Shown here in pieces: positions 38,016 to 42,136 of a stretch of 42,136 nt of DNA (within the stretch, counting starts at the first letter, position 1; each line of letters begins with the position of its first letter). The notes under the pieces were generated by a model. That model was not told the DNA's origin, did not search any database, and saw nothing but the letters and a program-made list of their open reading frames with translations. The DNA is from Catajapyx aquilonaris (lineage: Eukaryota): contig JYFJ02000861.1 of the NCBI GenBank assembly GCA_000934665.2, forward strand, positions 62,001 to 104,136, read 5' to 3'. A program made the translations under genes and the position numbers.

Positions 38016-38238
38016 GTAGTCACGTGAGGTTGTCACATCGCTACACATCTCCGTCGCTACTTCCTCCACATCATCGGGAGGTAGTCACGTGATTGGCTGT
38101 GTTCGCTACCTCCCTACCATCTGGCGGTAGTAGTCACGTGATTGGCTGTGTTCGCTACCTCCCTACCGTCTAGCGGTAGTAGTCACATGATGGGTGAATT
38201 TGCAACTTCCATACCTACTAGCGGTAGTAGTCACGTGA
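38016..38238. repeat. ~49-bp minisatellite with core GTAGTCACGTGA
   Basis: Core starts at 38016, 38081, 38130, 38179 and 38227. Two units share CACGTGATTGGCTGTGTTCGCTACCTCCCTACC. Confidence 0.85.
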
Positions 38239-38457
38239 GTCGGTCTGTTAGCAATCTCCACGCCAGTCACCGGAGTTACTGGCTCTCAGTATCCAGTTCG
38301 CTTCCTCCAAACTACAGGGCGGGAGTAAATACACCAGACTGTTTTTTTTAAGTGACAAAGTGAAAAGATTACAAATCACAGTCTGGCACCATTCACCTAA
38401 CTCCCCATGTACTATACATCTGTCATTCCTTCCACTTTATCACTAAAAACCAGTTAA

Positions 38458-38965
38458 AATAAAAATATATGAAAAACCTTTTTAAGAACACGCTTTATAT
38501 TTCCAAGTGCACTAAAAAGTAGAAAATAATTTTTCTTCCTCAATCTTCAGCTTTCTCTTTTACCTTGAACTGAACAGAAGATTCATGACTTTCTTTCCAT
38601 GGAATTCGGCTACTGCAGTATTGTCTTGCTTTACTTATATTCTTATACGGCCTACATGACGAAAAATAAAGCGTGGGCACTAAATGACACATTATCTACT
38701 TCCATGGCATGAAATATAACCATGTACAGTATTAAAATTTTAGTGCCCACGCGTTATTTTTCGTCATGTAGGCCGTATAAGAATATAAGTAAAGCAAGAC
38801 AATACTGCAGTAGCTGAATTCCATGGAAAGAAAGTCATGAATCTTCTGTTCAGTTCAAGGTAAAAGAGAAAGCTGAAGATTGAGGAAGAAAAATTATTTT
38901 CTACTTTTTAGTGCACTTGGAAATATAAAGCGTGTTCTTAAAAAGGTTTTATATATATTTTTATT
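38458..38965. repeat. Near-perfect palindrome: 227-bp arms, 54-bp spacer
   Basis: 38458-38684 is the reverse complement of 38739-38965, with about 4 mismatches counted by eye. Confidence 0.95.
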
Positions 38966-39405
38966 AGGCCTTCAGCAGCAGACAGCAGGTATAGATTGTG
39001 TAACGGGGAAATGGGGGTGGACTCCAAATCTTCAGAAAGGACACAGCTGGTAGGTATATCGTGTATGCTTTATACAGTACAATACATTGTGGTGACCCCT
39101 GACCTCGGGTCACACCCTGACTAGCTCAGTAACGCAGGTTCAGTTGGAGAAAAGGGTGGAAGAAGTGGTGGGGAAAACTGGAAAAGCCGCGAAAATAATG
39201 GTTTCTGATAACATACTGTATAATGAATATGCCTTTTTTACTTGATATAACTGAAACACAAATTATCACATTCTTTTATTTATTAACACACTAATAAGGC
39301 TTTTAAAAATGTAACCTAAATCAAATATTTTATGGTGATTGTTGAATTTTGTGGCGCCCTTTCTTTACAATAAGGATATGCTGGAGAGAGTGTCAGTATC
39401 GAAGT

Positions 39406-39470
39406 AGCGCAGTAGTCTAGTGGTTAAGACGCTCTCTTCGTAACCTGAAGGTTGAAGAATCGAATCCTGA
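39406..39470 (+). other. tRNA-like Pol III module A (mirror copy 41435-41503, minus strand)
   Basis: Perfect D-arm GTCT-AGTGGTTA-AGAC with A box TAGTCTAGTGG and B-box-like GAATCGAATCC (GGATCGAATCC in the mirror copy). Anticodon and acceptor stems do not pair. Confidence 0.55.
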
Positions 39471-41228
39471 AAGGAAGACGTCGTTTCTTTTTATCGCTTT
39501 GGACCTTTCCCGCTGTTACTTTATCTCTCATTTCACATTAATTTCTCTTTGAAGTGCATCTGGTAAATAGGCTAGACCCTTGCAACACTCACAACCTCGT
39601 TGCACCAGAGCGTGGCTCAGTGGTAACGCATCGGACTCTCGATCGAAGGGTTCTAATCCCGGTGCTCCTTCGATTATGGTCTGAGAAAAAAAAAAAATTG
39701 CAGCCGACATCTCTGGCCAAGATGGCGACTGTTCCTTCGCAGTTTCCCCAACACGTCTTCAGAGGTGTCAGAGGAGTCAGCGAAGAGGGGGGGAGGGGTG
39801 GAGAGGGGGAGGAAAGGAGGGGAAGGGAGAATTTCTTTTGGGAAATTTTTAAGACACCTGCTTAATGGGAGGGGGCGGTCACTTTTTTCGCAGAAAAAAG
39901 TCAAAATAAAAAGTCATGAAAATGATCAAGTGGCTTCGCTTGTGTTGACCATCCCGGCAGCCCCCACCCTACACACCCCATAGTGGCTACATTTGTCTTA
40001 TACCAGGGAGTTCCATTCTCAAACCTATCACTCCCCCAAATATTTAACCCTACAATTTAAACTATAGGTCCAATAAATTCACCAGCACATGCAAATGATT
40101 CGGCACAACTTTTAGGGCATTTTCAATGGTTTGTTGCTGGTTGACCTTTGATCTGAAAGGCCCTAATATTAGGTTTTTGGTCTGGGGCCAGGCCCTACCT
40201 CGGTCCCCATCTGTCGGATCTCTCGTAATGAGACTGTACAGAGCACAGTACATAGATATACAGTATATCTCTCGATGTGAGGTAGTATGCCCCTAGCCTG
40301 CTAGCCAAATGGAGCAGTCCGCCTGGCCTTGTGGCGGGGCGGGGGTGGAAAGGGGGGAACATGTAAGGTCAGAGACAGGAAGGCGACCAAGCCTACCCCA
40401 AAATTTGCCTACCTAAAACCGCGTCGACGATATGCGCATCTCCACCCACAGCAGAAGCGGGTTGGAATTTATTATTTTAATAATAATCCATAGAGCAATG
40501 CCACGAAACAGTGATGCCGCATGTCCGTCTTGATGACCCCAAGGAGGTGACCACTCGCCTACGTCACATTCATAGATACTGATACCTGCCAACTACGTTT
40601 GGCTAGGGGCATACTACCTCACATCGAGAGATATACTGTACATCTATGTACTGTGCTCTGTACAGTCTCATTACGAGAGATCCGACAGATGGAGATCGAG
40701 GTAGGGCCTGGCCCCCGACCAAAAACCTAATACTAGGGCCTTTCAGGTCAAAGGTCAGCCTGCAACAAACCATGGAAAATGACCTAAAAATTGTGCCGAA
40801 TCATTTGCATGTGCTGGTGAATTTATTGGACCTATAGTTTAAATTGTAGGGTTAAATATTTGGGGGAGTGATAGGTTTGAGAATGGAACTCCCTGGTATA
40901 AGACAAATGTAGCCACTATGGGGTGCGTAGGGTGGGGGCTGCCGGGATGGTCAACTACAAGCGAAGCCACTTGATCATTTTCATGACTTTTTATTTTGAC
41001 TTTTTTCTGCGAAAAAAGTGACCGCCCCCTCCCATTAAGCAGGTGTCTTAAAAATTTCCCAAAAGAAATTCTCCCTTCCCCTCCTTTCCTCCCCCTCTCC
41101 ACCCCTCCCCCCCTCTTCGCTGACTCCTCTGACACCTCTGAAGACGTGTTGGGGAAACTGCGAAGGAACAGTCGCCATCTTGGCCAGAGATGTCGGCTGC
41201 AAATTTTTTTTTCTCAGACCACAATCGA

Positions 41229-41299
41229 AGAAGCACCGGGATTAGATCCCAGAACCCTTCGATCGAGAGTCCGATGCGTTACCACTGAGCCACGCTCTG
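41229..41299 (-). other. tRNA-like Pol III module B (mirror copy 39606-39669, plus strand)
   Basis: A box TGGCTCAGTGG, imperfect arm TCGGA-CTCTCGA-TCGAA, B-box-like GGATCTAATCC and an A-rich tract downstream. The left copy lacks 7 nt of the B-box region. Confidence 0.6.
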
Positions 41300-42136
41300 G
41301 TGCAACGAGGTTGTGAGTGTTGTAAGGGTCTAGCCTATTTACCAGATGCACTTCAAAGAGAAATAAATGTGAAATGAGAGATAAAGTAACAGCGGGAAAG
41401 GTCCAAAGCGATAAAAAGAAACGACGTCTTCGTTTCAGGATTCGATCCTTCAACCTTCAGGTTACGAAGAGAGCGTCTTATTAAACCACTAGACTACTGC
41501 GCTACTTCGATACTGACACTCTCTCCAGCATGTACTTATTGTAAAGAAAGGGCGCCCCAAAATTCAACAATCACCATAAAATATTTGATTTAGGTTACAT
41601 TTTTTTTGCCTTATTAATGAGTAAAAGAATGTGATAATTTGTGCATATTCATTATACAGTATGTTATCAGAAACCATTATTATCCCGGCTTTTCCAGTTT
41701 TCCCCGCTACTTGTTCCTTTTAGGTTTGGATTCCCTATTTTTACAACACAAAATACAGCTGGTGATCAGTGCAAAACGGCAAAGCATTTACTTGTTACCA
41801 TCCCTGCAAACTATGAACACTTTTCTTCTTTTTTTCATCTTGATAAAAGGAGTGTTTTGCTTAGTGTTTTGAAAAATGCTTTCGTTCGAGAGAATGGTGG
41901 AAAGAAATACAAAAATAATAATAAATTAATTGGCGAAATGAAATTGGGTGGAGGTCTTGGATTTTTCTTTAATTTAACTTCAAGGGGAGTGGGAAAAGGT
42001 TGTTAGTTTTATCAAGAGCTCTTGGTTTTATCTTGTACAAGACTAGAAGACACAATAATCCCATCCCACATGCCCTCGCTTCTCTCACGCTTTTTCTCTC
42101 TCGCTTTGGCTCTAATCATCACATCGTCATCATCAT

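Larger units (their letters stand above)
39158..41717. repeat. Large foldback: ~1.1-kb inverted arms, ~300-bp spacer
   Basis: 39158-40298 is the reverse complement of 40601-41717, with scattered substitutions and small indels. The ORF track is mirrored (39765+ / 41135-, 40253- / 40646+). Confidence 0.95.

Noticed and set aside
38016..38238. Regularly spaced GTAGTCACGTGA motif resembling a repeat-spacer array
   Set aside because: The intervening sequences are homologous to each other, so it is a minisatellite.
39406..39669. Functional tRNA genes (CGT and CTC anticodon-like triplets)
   Set aside because: Acceptor and anticodon stems do not pair properly; reported only as tRNA-derived modules.
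40278..40287. TGAGGTAGTA, identical to the first 10 nt of let-7 (mirror near 40613-40622)
   Set aside because: The rest of let-7 (GGTTGTATAGTT) and a local precursor hairpin are absent; probably chance.
39528..41453. Mirrored ORF pairs in the large inverted repeat
   Set aside because: Low complexity, mostly non-ATG starts, and frames broken by indels between the arms; not a transposase or a gene pair.

Overview
Eukaryotic genomic DNA, most likely from an arthropod: GT-AG introns, a dyschronic-like whirlin PDZ3, a DRE promoter motif and a mosaic CpG pattern all point that way. No prokaryotic system or CRISPR array is supported. Five intron-containing genes can be rebuilt by hand with consistent splice phases: the 3' end of whirlin/dyschronic (+, 6508-7981), PPT2 (-, 12197-14337), VPS52 (-, 15163-20444), RPS18 (+, 21480-22920, head-to-head with VPS52) and Endophilin B (-, 28318-30701). 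Their human orthologues lie in the MHC or its paralogons, which suggests a preserved proto-MHC microsyntenic block. Each RPS18 intron carries a two-hairpin box H/ACA snoRNA candidate. EndoB has a 36-nt cassette exon with a UGC-preceded weak acceptor. Introns and spacers hold many MITEs (mariner/Tc1, piggyBac, Harbinger-like, pogo-like). The last 11 kb has no recognisable gene. It holds a decayed LINE, a defective tRNA-Ala, an E-box/CCAAT minisatellite, a near-perfect 227-bp-arm palindrome and a 2.56-kb foldback whose ~1.1-kb arms each carry two inward-facing tRNA-like Pol III modules. All calls are manual; no database search was run.
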